Origin: an uncultured Ruminococcus sp.
Lineage (GTDB): Bacteria; Bacillota; Clostridia; Oscillospirales; Acutalibacteraceae
Direction of reading: 5' to 3'
Length of the DNA stretch: 64,000 bases
NCBI GenBank assembly: GCA_902794395.1
Contig: CADBHB010000001.1
Location: 91,289-155,288 of the forward strand
Shown: positions 19,320 to 28,305 of the stretch, piece after piece
Layout: the number at the start of each line of letters is the position of its first letter
How positions within the stretch are numbered: position 1 is the stretch's first letter
The notes under the pieces: generated by a model
The model's database searches: none
Seen by the model: the letters and a program-made list of their open reading frames with translations, nothing else
What the model was told of the DNA's origin: nothing
Program-made: the position numbers and the translations under genes

Positions 19320-19373
19320 TTCACAGAAGCTTGCGGTTTTCTTCATTTAGCTTTCACAAACAGGCTTTATGAT
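19320..19373 (+). promoter_or_regulatory. Putative OmpR/PhoB-type boxes plus -10 element
   Basis: TTCACA (19320), TTCATT (19342) and TTCACA (19353) on an 11-bp register; TATGAT at 19368-19373, 9 bp after the last box; no separate consensus -35. Confidence 0.5.
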
Positions 19374-19379
19374 ATAAGC

Positions 19380-19472
19380 ACAGTAAAGATAACAGTGCTT
19401 TCTACATTTTCTTAAAAGATTTTTTCATAGATGTTCCTCAGATAAAAACCGACCGCACGGTCGGTTTTTATT
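19380..19472 (+). ncRNA. Candidate csRNA-like trans-acting small RNA
   Basis: Promoter upstream; TTTTTTCATAGATGTTCCTC tract (anti-start codon plus anti-SD) at 19420-19439; perfect terminator TAAAAACCGACC-GCAC-GGTCGGTTTTTA at 19443-19470. Confidence 0.5.
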
Positions 19473-19486
19473 GTTTGGTGAGCAAA

Positions 19487-20401
19487 ATGTATTATTATTC
19501 TTTAAACGAATATTTGAAAAAGACCTTCGGCGAAAAGGTATATAAGCTGTCGCTTGACGGCGGCATGACCTGTCCCAACCGTGACGGCACGCTGGACACG
19601 CGCGGCTGCATCTTTTGCAGCGCCGGAGGCTCGGGCGAGTTCGCGGCGCGGCGCGAGCTATCCGTGACGGCGCAGCTTGAGCAGGCAAAGCAAAAGATCG
19701 CTGCAAAAACGGACTGCCGCAGGTTCATCGCGTATTTTCAGCCCTTTACCAACACCTACGCGCCCGTTAGCTGTCTGCGCAGACTTTTCTGCGAGGCGAT
19801 CGCGCCCGATGAGGTGGCGGCGCTGTCGATAGCTACAAGACCGGACTGCCTGGGCGATGATGTCATCGCGCTGCTCGACGAGCTTAACAAAATAAAGCCG
19901 GTTTGGGTGGAGCTGGGCTTGCAGACTATCCGCCCCGACAGCGCGGAGTATATCCGGCGCGGCTACGAGCTGCCCGTGTATGACGCGGCGGCAAAGCGGC
20001 TCAGGGACATCGGGGTGCAGGTCATCACGCACATCATCCTCGGCTTGCCGCGAGAGAGCCGCGAGGATATGCTGAAAAGCGTGCGCTACGCGGGCGAGAG
20101 GAGCGACGGTATCAAGTTGCAGCTGCTTCACGTGCTCAAGGGCACGGACTTGGAAAAGGACTATGCGGCGGGGCAGTTTGAGGTGATGGAGCGCGGTGAG
20201 TACATCGACCTGCTCTGCGACTGCATAGAAGCGCTGCCGCCCGGGGTGGTGATACACCGCCTCACCGGCGACGGCGACAAGAAGCTTTTGGTCGCGCCCT
20301 TGTGGAGCGGTGACAAAAAGCGGGTGCTCAATGAAATAAACAAAGCCCTGCGCGACAGAAACGTCGTACAGGGCAGGAAATATGAACGCAGCTTCGGTTA
20401 G
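19487..20401 (+). CDS. TIGR01212/YhcC-family radical SAM protein
   Basis: GGMTCPNRDGT...GCIFCS, YFQPFTNTYA, IATRPDCL, VELGLQT, VIHRLTGDG. Confidence 0.92.
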   Translation: MYYYSLNEYLKKTFGEKVYKLSLDGGMTCPNRDGTLDTRGCIFCSAGGSGEFAARRELSVTAQLEQAKQKIAAKTDCRRFIAYFQPFTNTYAPVSCLRRLFCEAIAPDEVAALSIATRPDCLGDDVIALLDELNKIKPVWVELGLQTIRPDSAEYIRRGYELPVYDAAAKRLRDIGVQVITHIILGLPRESREDMLKSVRYAGERSDGIKLQLLHVLKGTDLEKDYAAGQFEVMERGEYIDLLCDCIEALPPGVVIHRLTGDGDKKLLVAPLWSGDKKRVLNEINKALRDRNVVQGRKYERSFG

Positions 20402-21159
20402 TCGGAGCTGTTTTTCTTTTGTTTGCCGCGCAGCAGAAAGAAGCCTATCAGCGCTGCCGCTGCGGCGCCCGAGCAGCAGAGGACGATGACGGGGGTGAGG
20501 CGGTCGGCGTCCTTTTGGCTGACAGTGTTTAGCGTGCCCATATCGTGTATCGGCTCGGTGTTTTGACCATCGGCAGGATTGCCCTTTGAAGACCGCGCTT
20601 TCGGAGCAGAGCCGTGCTTGTCAGCGGAGGTCGTCTTTGGCTCGGTCGCCTTGGGGTGGGCGGCGGATTTGGACGAAGTGTCCGTTCTGCCCACACTGTC
20701 GCTCGCTCTCTGAGTTACAGTGACGCTGCCCGCAGTGCAGCTTCCTACATCAAGCGCTTGAACGTCCGCGTCAACGCAGTCCTCAACGGTGAAGCCGACC
20801 TCGCTGCTGCCCTCGGCTATGGTTTTGAATTCCAGCGTAAAAATCGGAGCTTGTCGGGTTATCTCGGCGCCGTAGGTATCCAGAAAGGAAAGCCGCACAC
20901 GTGACTCGTTTGTGTCGCTGACCACCTGAGCGTCGCCGCAGGGTTTGGCGTCGCGAAATTCCAGCACAGAGGGGTCGTAGGTGAATTCAAAGGTGGCGGC
21001 GCATAGCTTGCGGTCGCACTGTGCTCTGACCTCGATGTCAACAAGGCGGTTGTTTTTGCACTCAATCTCACTGAGCGAAAAGGACACGGCGCACTCGGCG
21101 CGGACGGGAAGGAGGGAGAGAAACATAAACAGCGTAATAACGGCGATGATTCTTTTCAT
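20398..21159 (-). CDS. Membrane-anchored single-cohesin protein
   Basis: Signal peptide; cohesin-like beta-sandwich with FEFTYDPSVLEF and IFTLEFK; S/T/K-rich linker; C-terminal TM helix and basic tail (RGKQKK); no canonical LPxTG. Confidence 0.75.
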   Translation of the reverse strand: MKRIIAVITLFMFLSLLPVRAECAVSFSLSEIECKNNRLVDIEVRAQCDRKLCAATFEFTYDPSVLEFRDAKPCGDAQVVSDTNESRVRLSFLDTYGAEITRQAPIFTLEFKTIAEGSSEVGFTVEDCVDADVQALDVGSCTAGSVTVTQRASDSVGRTDTSSKSAAHPKATEPKTTSADKHGSAPKARSSKGNPADGQNTEPIHDMGTLNTVSQKDADRLTPVIVLCCSGAAAAALIGFFLLRGKQKKNSSD

Positions 21160-21188
21160 ATGTTGCTCTCCTTTCGTGATTTGATTCT

Positions 21189-21217
21189 ATTGTACGACAA
21201 ATAAGCTTGAAAGGCAA
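21189..21217 (-). promoter_or_regulatory. Promoter of the cohesin gene
   Basis: TTGCCT-17 bp-TACAAT on the minus strand. Confidence 0.6.
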
Positions 21218-21258
21218 TACGTTTAGTGATATTATTTTGTTTTTCCGTTAAGGATGGG

Positions 21259-21391
21259 TTTGGCGGAGAGAAGGTGCTGCGGCAAAGGGAACGACGCACT
21301 GCGCCGCTTGATGGGGCGGGGGAGTCAAGGGTTCATCAACGCTCTCCCTCAAATCCCCTTTACTCCGTTTTTTCAAAACAAAAAAGCACCC
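21259..21391. repeat. tRNA-Ser-derived mini-element, copy A (short form)
   Basis: Begins with TTTGGCGGAGAGAAGG (identical to 34015-34030); shares AACGACGCACTGCGCCGCTTG and GGGGGAGTCAAGGGTTCATCAACGCTCTCCCTCAAA with 33712-33810; ends TCCCC...AAAACAAAAAAGCACCC as at 33961-33998. Confidence 0.9.
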
Positions 21392-21482
21392 GCGAAAAGC
21401 AAAAAGCCAAACCGCCCGACATTTCTGTCAGGCGGCGTTTTTGCGCTCGTTTATTCTGTTATCGGCTTCACAGCTAACGCAA

Positions 21483-21516
21483 AGCCCCGGCAAAACGCGT
21501 CGCGCTCGCCGGGGCT
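21483..21516 (-). terminator. Terminator-like hairpin after the LRR-dockerin gene
   Basis: AGCCCCGGC...GCCGGGGCT 9-bp stem; a second hairpin lies at 21412-21435. Confidence 0.6.
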
Positions 21517-21524
21517 GTATTGGG

Positions 21525-24500
21525 TTATGCTGTTGGCTGTTTTCCTAAGACTATGCCATCGAATTCCGCGAGATATTGCAGTAAAAGGGTCACGTCGGCT
21601 ATGGTCACTTCGCCGTCGCCGTTGGCGTCGGCATTGAAGATAGCAGCGCCCGTAAGGGGTTCTATCTCGGCGATATGGCGCTGGATGGCGGTGACGTCGA
21701 GGACGTTTATCTTGCTGTCGCCGTTCGCGTCGCCGATCAGCAGGGGAACAAAGTCTATTTCGTTTGCGTCGGCGTAGGTTTGCGCGGCTGAGCCTGCAAA
21801 GCCGTAGATCGTAAAGCCCTCAACCGTTACTTCGTCTGAGTTACGGCGTTCATAGCCGAACGCATTTGTTCCGATACTCGTGACCGTTATCGGTATAAGC
21901 ACGTTTGTCATAGAGGTGCCAAAGAATGCGTAGTTGCCGATGGTGGTGATTGTATCGGGGATCACGATCTTCTCTAAGCCGGTGCAGGAGGAGAAAAGAC
22001 TCGCCGCGATTTGGGTACTGCCCGCCTCGAAATGCACGGTTTTGAGCTGTTCGCAGCCGGAGAAGGGACCGTACTGTGCGAAGTCGCCGGCATTGGTGAG
22101 GGTCTTGGGAATGGTGATCTCGGTGATCGGACAGCCGGAAAATGCGGAATTGCCGAGCCTTTGCAGCGACGACGGCAGGGTGACCGTGGTGAGATCAGCG
22201 CAATCTGTGAAAGCCATGCCCTCAATATCGGTCACGGTGTCGGGGAAGCTGATCTCCGTGATACCGGTGCTTCTGAACATCTCGCCGGGGATCCGTGTGG
22301 AGCCGTTGGCGAAGTTGACGGTACGCAGCGCGGTACAACCCTCAAACGCATGATTTGCGCTGCCGCCGGTACCGCAGACGGTGGACGGCAGGTTGACCGT
22401 CTCCAGCGCGGTGCAGTTGCGGAAGGAATAGTTGCCAAGGCTTTTGACGCCCTCGGGAATGGTCAGCGTCTCCAGCGCGGAGCAGCCGTCAAAGGCGTAG
22501 CCTTCAATGGCGGTGATATTGCCGTGGAGCGTGAGGCTGCTCAGCGAGGTGCAGTTTTTGAAGGTGTTGTCTTTAATGATTGTCACACCGGCGGGCGCGG
22601 TGAAGGATTGCAGCGAGGAGCAGTTTGCAAACACGCTGTTCTCAATGGTGGTCATGGCGTCGGGCAGGGTGATGGTTTCAAGCGCCGAACAGCCGTAGAA
22701 GGTCGTGTTATAAAGCGTCGTTACGCCGTCGGGGATCGTCAGACTTTGCAGCGAGGAGCAGTTTTGGAACACGTAGTAGCCGATTTCCTCTAAATCGTCA
22801 GGTAGAGTGATGGCGGTCATGTTGGAGCACTCCGCGAACGCGTCGCGTCCGATCGTCGTCACGGTGTCGGGCAGCTCAATGGTCTGAATACCGGTGCAGC
22901 GGTGGAAGAGATAAGCGGGAATGGCTGTTCTGCCCGCGGTGAAGGTGACGTCGTTCAAGCTGTCGCAGTAGGAGAACGGACCGTAAACGCCGTCTACCGT
23001 CATGTTCGCCGGAATGTTGACGGAGGTCAGCGCGGTGCAGCTTGCGAACGCTTCACTGCCTAAGGTGGTCAGCGTTTCGGGCAGGGTGACAGACGGAAGT
23101 GCTTGACAACGGGCAAAAGCGTTGCTGCCAATGGTCTGCACATTCGTGCTCATCGTCAGATTTTGCAGATTCTCACAGCCGTAGAAGGCGTAGCTTCCGA
23201 TTTCGGTGACGGAGTTGGGAAGGTATACGCTGCTGAGGCTCTTGCAGTTGTAGCACGCGTAGTCGCCGATGGTCGTCAGCGAATTGGCGTTGTTCAGACC
23301 GAACAGGGAACGGAGGTTCTCAAAATTATAAAACGCGCGGGAGCCGATAGCGGTGAGAGTAGAGGGAAGGACGACGTAGCAGCCGTCTTCACTGTTGCCC
23401 GTGCAGTTTTCAAAGAGGTGCGCGGGGATGGTGGTGACGCCGTCGGCAATGGCAACGGAGTACAGCTTTGTCAAGCCGTAGAACGGCTCGCGAGTGCCGC
23501 AGGAGGTCAGGGTCTTGCCGATTTTGACGGTCGTTAATTCCGTCAGACGGCTGAACGCGGAATCACCGATATAGGTGACGCCGTCCCTGACGGTCAGTTT
23601 GGTGATCTGCCGCGGATTGTCGTCGTCGTCCTTGCCGAGATCAACATACATCCACGGCGGATTCTGGCTGTAGTAATCTCCCATAGCGCCGCTGCCGTAG
23701 ATGATCAGCTCCGCCTTGGGAATATCGACCGCCCATTTGACCTCGCCGGTATTGCCGGTGGCAAGAGCGGCGATGAAGGTAAAGCCGTTTTCGGTCGCGT
23801 AGGTTTCGGCGGCGGATTCCGCTTTGCCGCGAATGACAAAGCCGCTTTGCTTGACGGTCGCGTGGTTTTGATCGACGTAATAGCCGATGGAGTATTGTCC
23901 GATGCTCGTGACGCTCGGGGGAATGGTCACGCTGTTGATATTCGCGCCGAGGAACGCGTTTGCGCCGATCGATTGCAGCGTAAAGGGCAGACTCACTGCT
24001 ATCAGCGGACAGCCGACGAACGCGCCCGCCTCAATCGTCGTCAAGCCCTCGTTGAAGGTAACGGCGGTCAGGCTTACGCAGTTGCCGAACGCCGAATCGG
24101 GGATCGTGGTGACGCCGTCGGGAATGGTGACGTCGGTCAGCGCCGTGCCGCCGAAGGCGTATGTTCCGATGTTGCTGAGCGCAGCGGGCAGGCTAAGGGA
24201 TGTGATCTGCTCGCAGTAGCGGAAGGCGTTCGTGCCGATGGCTGTCACGGTGTCGGGCAGATTTACGTCGGTCAGGTTAGGCAGGTCATAGAAGCAGAAA
24301 TCGCCGATCTTGGTCACGCCATTCTGTACAACGACAGCGGTGAGCACATCACGCCACGCGTGCCACGGCGCCGTGGTAGAAGCGGTGTAATCGGCTGTTT
24401 GGGTGCCGCCGTAAATAGTCAGCACGTCGGTGTTGCGGTTGTACTTCCATTGGCAGTCGCCCGTGGTGCCGTTGAGCGCGACAAAGGTGAAGCCATTTTC

Positions 24501-27146
24501 GATAGCGTAGGTCTCGGCGGCGGTGCCGGAGCTGCCGTAAATGGTGAAGCCCTCTGTTTTGTGTAAGTGGTTGAGTTCGTTATAGCCGAAGGCGTCTTCG
24601 CCGATCGCGGTCACGCTGTCCGGAATGTAGACCTCCGTCAGGTTTGGACACCAAAGAAAAGCGTGTTCTCCGATAGAGGTCACGCCCTCATTCAAAGCGA
24701 CGCTTGTCAGTTGAGCGCAGTTCATAAACGCAAAGTCTCCGATGGTTTCTACGCTGTCGGGAAGTGTCAGCTCGGTGATATCGGTGAAAGCAAACGCCTC
24801 CTCTCCTATGTTTTTCAGCCCGCTGCCGAGGGTGACACTTTGAAGATACTTGTCACTGGCAAACGCCATTTTTCCGATGCTCTCTACACTGTCGGGGATG
24901 GTGATTTCGGTCAGCTTGCCGTCCGGTACCGTAATGCCGCAAAGGCTAAATGCCAATCTGCCGATGGTTTGCACGGTGTTGCCGATGGACAGCTCCGTAA
25001 CTTGAGAGAAATCACAAAACGAGAACTCTCCGACGTGCGTTACGCCGTCCTCGATCACGATCTTGGTGGTCTGATCACAAAAACCTCTCCACGGATCGAA
25101 ATAGGTATATGTATCGGTCCCTTGATTATATTCACAGACATAATCCGCCATCGCGCCCTCGCCGCTGATGGTCAGGGTGCCGGTGTAGGGGTCGAACTTC
25201 CATTTGCAGTCGCCCGTTGTACCGCCCGCTGCAACGAAGGGGATTTCGTATTCGTTGGCGTAGGTCTCGGCGGCGGAGCCGGGAACACCGTAGATGGTGA
25301 AGCCGTCGATTTTAACAAGCTCATGGTTTGAATCGGATTTAAAGCCAAACGCGTGGTCAATGATCTCTGTAACGCTTTCGGGGATATAGACCTTCGTAAA
25401 ACCGCACCCGAGAAACGCTTCGGTGCGTATTTCCGCGGGACATTCGCCGATGACAACGCTTGTCAGATTATGACAGCCAACAAACGCTTGCAGATCGACC
25501 CACTCCAAGCTGTCGGGAAGGGTGATCTCGGTCAGACCATAACAAGCGCTAAAAGCACCGGTTCCGATCCTTTTCAGATTTTTTCCAAACGTAATGCTTT
25601 GGAGCTCGGCATCTTTCGTGAATGAATATGCTTCCAATGCCTCCACACTGTCCGGCAGAACCACCTCGGTGAGCTCGCGGAGCAAATAAAACGAGAACTC
25701 TCCGACCGTCTGCACATTATTGCCGATGGTTAGCTCCGTAACATTATAAAACTTATAAAACGAACCGTTGCCGACGTGCGTCACGCCGTCCTCGATCAAG
25801 ATCGTGGTCGTTATCTCACTGTACTCCGCCCACGGAGTGGCGTTTACCATTACATGATCGTATGGGGTTTCATAATCCGCCATAGCGCCCTCGCCGCTGA
25901 CGGTCAGGGTTTGGGTGTAAGGGTCGAACGCCCACAGGCAGTCGCCGGTGGTGCCGGTGGTGGTAAAGAAGGTAAAGCCGTTGTTGTCGGCGTAGGTCGC
26001 GGCGGCGGTGCCGGATTCGCCGTAGACAACGAAATCGTCGACCGGCGTCATCTGCTCCGGCACCTGGCTGTTATACTCCGTATAGCCAAAGGCGTAGTCG
26101 CCGACAAACGTCACGCTTGAGGGGATAATGACGGAAGTGAGTGCGGTGTCCTTGAACGCGCCGATGCCGACCGTCTGCAAGCCGCTGTATAGCGTGATGC
26201 TGCTCAGTGCGTCGCAGCGGGCAAAGGCGGCGGTGCCGATCTCATGCAGGCTCGCGGGGAAATTGACGGTGGTCAGCGCCGTGCAAAGGGAAAACGCCAA
26301 TTGACCGATCTGTGTCAGGGTGTCGGGTATGGTGACCTCCTCCAACTGATTACAGCCGAAAAATGCGCCGTTGCTGACGGTGGTCAAGCCCTCCGAGATC
26401 ACGAGCTTTTTGACAAAGTGAGTGAGAGCCATGTCACGCGCCCAAAACTGCGGCAGGTCCATCGCGCAGTTGCCGTTGCCTTTGGGCGAGATGGTCAGGG
26501 TGTCGGTCGTCGTGTCGAACGACCAGTGGCAGTTGTCTGTTTCGCCCCAAAACTCATTCACGGTAAAGGCGAAATGCATAAAAGCTTTGTTGTAGGTGTA
26601 CTCAAAGCCGGCGGTGGAGTCGCTGTAGATCGTAAAGCCCGAAACAAAGTTCGTTATTTCGCCGTCTGCGCCCTCATAAGCGAACGCGTATTCGCCGATC
26701 TCCAAATCGCAGGGCTGATACGTCAGCGTGACGCTCGCCAAGCCGCAGTTGAGAAAGGCACAGTCGCCGATAGAATCAAGCGGCGTGATGAAAATGACGT
26801 CACAAAGCGAAGTGCAGCCCTCAAAGGCATAGCTGCCGATGCGCGTGATGCTGCCGCCGATGGTGATGGTATTGATGCTGTTGCGGTAAGCTGCCCAGGG
26901 TGTCTCGTAGCCGGAGTTGTAGTCCTGCAGCTCGCCCGTGCCGCCGATGGTCAGCTCGCCGGTGGCGTTTTCAAAGTACCACGTGACGTCGCCGACGGTG
27001 CCGCTGTCGTCGCCCACGGGGGCACTGTCAGCCGGTGCGCCGACCGCTTCGGTTTCGTCCGCTTCCGCTGCGAACGCTGTCATGGGCATGACAGACAGCA
27101 CCAGCAAAGCGGCAAGCAGGATAGATAATAGCTTTTTCATGTTCAT
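21525..27146 (-). CDS. BspA/TpLRR (LRR_5) surface protein with C-terminal dockerin
   Basis: Signal peptide; dozens of IGxxAFxxCxxLxxIxIPxxV repeats; recurring GTTGDCxW...TLTISG and FTIYGxxGxAAETYA capping modules; dockerin loops GDANGDSKINVLD and ADANGDGEVTIAD. Confidence 0.95.
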   Translation of the reverse strand: MNMKKLLSILLAALLVLSVMPMTAFAAEADETEAVGAPADSAPVGDDSGTVGDVTWYFENATGELTIGGTGELQDYNSGYETPWAAYRNSINTITIGGSITRIGSYAFEGCTSLCDVIFITPLDSIGDCAFLNCGLASVTLTYQPCDLEIGEYAFAYEGADGEITNFVSGFTIYSDSTAGFEYTYNKAFMHFAFTVNEFWGETDNCHWSFDTTTDTLTISPKGNGNCAMDLPQFWARDMALTHFVKKLVISEGLTTVSNGAFFGCNQLEEVTIPDTLTQIGQLAFSLCTALTTVNFPASLHEIGTAAFARCDALSSITLYSGLQTVGIGAFKDTALTSVIIPSSVTFVGDYAFGYTEYNSQVPEQMTPVDDFVVYGESGTAAATYADNNGFTFFTTTGTTGDCLWAFDPYTQTLTVSGEGAMADYETPYDHVMVNATPWAEYSEITTTILIEDGVTHVGNGSFYKFYNVTELTIGNNVQTVGEFSFYLLRELTEVVLPDSVEALEAYSFTKDAELQSITFGKNLKRIGTGAFSACYGLTEITLPDSLEWVDLQAFVGCHNLTSVVIGECPAEIRTEAFLGCGFTKVYIPESVTEIIDHAFGFKSDSNHELVKIDGFTIYGVPGSAAETYANEYEIPFVAAGGTTGDCKWKFDPYTGTLTISGEGAMADYVCEYNQGTDTYTYFDPWRGFCDQTTKIVIEDGVTHVGEFSFCDFSQVTELSIGNTVQTIGRLAFSLCGITVPDGKLTEITIPDSVESIGKMAFASDKYLQSVTLGSGLKNIGEEAFAFTDITELTLPDSVETIGDFAFMNCAQLTSVALNEGVTSIGEHAFLWCPNLTEVYIPDSVTAIGEDAFGYNELNHLHKTEGFTIYGSSGTAAETYAIENGFTFVALNGTTGDCQWKYNRNTDVLTIYGGTQTADYTASTTAPWHAWRDVLTAVVVQNGVTKIGDFCFYDLPNLTDVNLPDTVTAIGTNAFRYCEQITSLSLPAALSNIGTYAFGGTALTDVTIPDGVTTIPDSAFGNCVSLTAVTFNEGLTTIEAGAFVGCPLIAVSLPFTLQSIGANAFLGANINSVTIPPSVTSIGQYSIGYYVDQNHATVKQSGFVIRGKAESAAETYATENGFTFIAALATGNTGEVKWAVDIPKAELIIYGSGAMGDYYSQNPPWMYVDLGKDDDDNPRQITKLTVRDGVTYIGDSAFSRLTELTTVKIGKTLTSCGTREPFYGLTKLYSVAIADGVTTIPAHLFENCTGNSEDGCYVVLPSTLTAIGSRAFYNFENLRSLFGLNNANSLTTIGDYACYNCKSLSSVYLPNSVTEIGSYAFYGCENLQNLTMSTNVQTIGSNAFARCQALPSVTLPETLTTLGSEAFASCTALTSVNIPANMTVDGVYGPFSYCDSLNDVTFTAGRTAIPAYLFHRCTGIQTIELPDTVTTIGRDAFAECSNMTAITLPDDLEEIGYYVFQNCSSLQSLTIPDGVTTLYNTTFYGCSALETITLPDAMTTIENSVFANCSSLQSFTAPAGVTIIKDNTFKNCTSLSSLTLHGNITAIEGYAFDGCSALETLTIPEGVKSLGNYSFRNCTALETVNLPSTVCGTGGSANHAFEGCTALRTVNFANGSTRIPGEMFRSTGITEISFPDTVTDIEGMAFTDCADLTTVTLPSSLQRLGNSAFSGCPITEITIPKTLTNAGDFAQYGPFSGCEQLKTVHFEAGSTQIAASLFSSCTGLEKIVIPDTITTIGNYAFFGTSMTNVLIPITVTSIGTNAFGYERRNSDEVTVEGFTIYGFAGSAAQTYADANEIDFVPLLIGDANGDSKINVLDVTAIQRHIAEIEPLTGAAIFNADANGDGEVTIADVTLLLQYLAEFDGIVLGKQPTA

Positions 27147-27808
27147 TCCTCCTCGTTTGTATGATGATGGATTCTATCACTTTCGCTGACGACCAAGCCG
27201 AGGGACTTTGCGTTCATCGCCAGCTCCAGACGGCTTTCATAGCCGGTTTTCTCCATGATGTTCTGGATATGCCGCTTGACGGTGTTGGGAGAGATATGCA
27301 GCCGCTGAGCGATCTCGTCGTTAGAAAGGCTCTCGGTCAGTCCGCGCAAAACGTCAAGCTCTCTTTCGGTCAGGTCGGCGCGCGTGACCTTGCCGAAGCT
27401 CACCCTCGGCGGGTCGTCGGGATAGACGGATTCGCCCGCCATCGTCCTGTCCATAAGGTCAATCAAGCTTTCGTTCTCATACTCCTTGTACCAAAAGCTG
27501 TCGATTCCCGCCGCGCGCGCCTTGTCCTCCCAAGTCGTTTCGACCGCAGAGGTAGTCAGAATGATTTTGATTTTCGGATGTTCGCGCTTGATCTGTTCGG
27601 CGGCGGTCAAGCCGTCGATGCCGTCCGCCATCATCACGTCCATAATCAAGAGGTCGAACTCATTCGTGTCGGCATAAGCGACCGCCTCCCGCGCCGTGCG
27701 CAGCCCTGCCGTCAATGTATAGCCATTCGCCGCGCGGACGAACATTTCAAAAAAGCCGCGCGAGATATTCTGATCGTCTGCCACGACGACCCTTACAGAA
27801 GCGTTCAC
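27143..27808 (-). CDS. NarL/LuxR-family response regulator
   Basis: Receiver motifs VVADD and LLIMDVMM (phospho-Asp); C-terminal LuxR HTH LTERELDVL...ISPNTVKRHI. Its stop overlaps the ATG of the LRR gene. Confidence 0.92.
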   Translation of the reverse strand: MNASVRVVVADDQNISRGFFEMFVRAANGYTLTAGLRTAREAVAYADTNEFDLLIMDVMMADGIDGLTAAEQIKREHPKIKIILTTSAVETTWEDKARAAGIDSFWYKEYENESLIDLMDRTMAGESVYPDDPPRVSFGKVTRADLTERELDVLRGLTESLSNDEIAQRLHISPNTVKRHIQNIMEKTGYESRLELAMNAKSLGLVVSESDRIHHHTNEEE

Positions 27809-27845
27809 AGCATCACACCCCTTTCATTTGGATATACTCTTTTAT

Positions 27846-27875
27846 ATTATACCATGACAAAAAACGTGTTGTCTA
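27846..27875 (-). promoter_or_regulatory. Promoter of the response regulator-LRR operon
   Basis: TAGACA-18 bp-TATAAT with TG extension (TGGTATAAT). Confidence 0.6.
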
Positions 27876-28022
27876 TCACCTAAAAGTACCATTTGTGCAA
27901 CGGGACGTTGCATCACTCCGCCTTTGGAGAGTATAGCGTTATCATAAAGCTTCATCAACTTCAAAGACACTGCCATGAAAAATTTTGGGCACAAGCTCGA
28001 CAGTGAGTTCAATAAGCTTTTG

Positions 28023-28109
28023 TGTAGCAGATGTAGCAGATAAAATCATTAATCTCTATAAAAGAGAAACATATAGAAATCAACATATTTACCTGCTACA
28101 CCTGCTACA
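28023..28109. other. Inverted doubled octamer around an AT-rich core (origin-like relic)
   Basis: TGTAGCAG-A-TGTAGCAG (28023-28039) and CTGCTACA-C-CTGCTACA (28093-28109): 16/17 inverted match. Confidence 0.7.
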
Positions 28110-28199
28110 ACCTGAAACAGATGGTTCTTCCGTGAATAAAAAAGCAGTAATATGAAAAACGCTTCCATACCCAAACGGCAGGAAGCGCGGTGGATTATT

Positions 28200-28305
28200 C
28201 TGTCATCCCGAGCAGGATTGTGAAGTAATGTAGCCGAAGTACCCCTTTCGGCGATGAACGAACCGCCTCTGTCAAGGGGATTCTTCGGCAAGCTCAGAAT
28301 GACAG
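28200..28305. repeat. ~106-bp palindromic repeat element of the TGTCATTCTGAGC...GCTCAGAATGACA type
   Basis: Imperfect terminal inverted repeats CTGTCATCCCGAGC / GCTCAGAATGACAG (12/14). Confidence 0.6.

Noticed and set aside
19402-19428. Minus-strand micro-ORF MKKSFKKM with a GAGGA SD
   Set aside because: Not called as a CDS: a terminator hairpin lies immediately upstream on that strand and the promoter signals point the other way. Kept as the alternative to the sRNA model.
21525-27146. Internal DNA repeats in the LRR gene as mobile or regulatory repeats
   Set aside because: They are in-frame and explained by duplicated LRR and capping modules.
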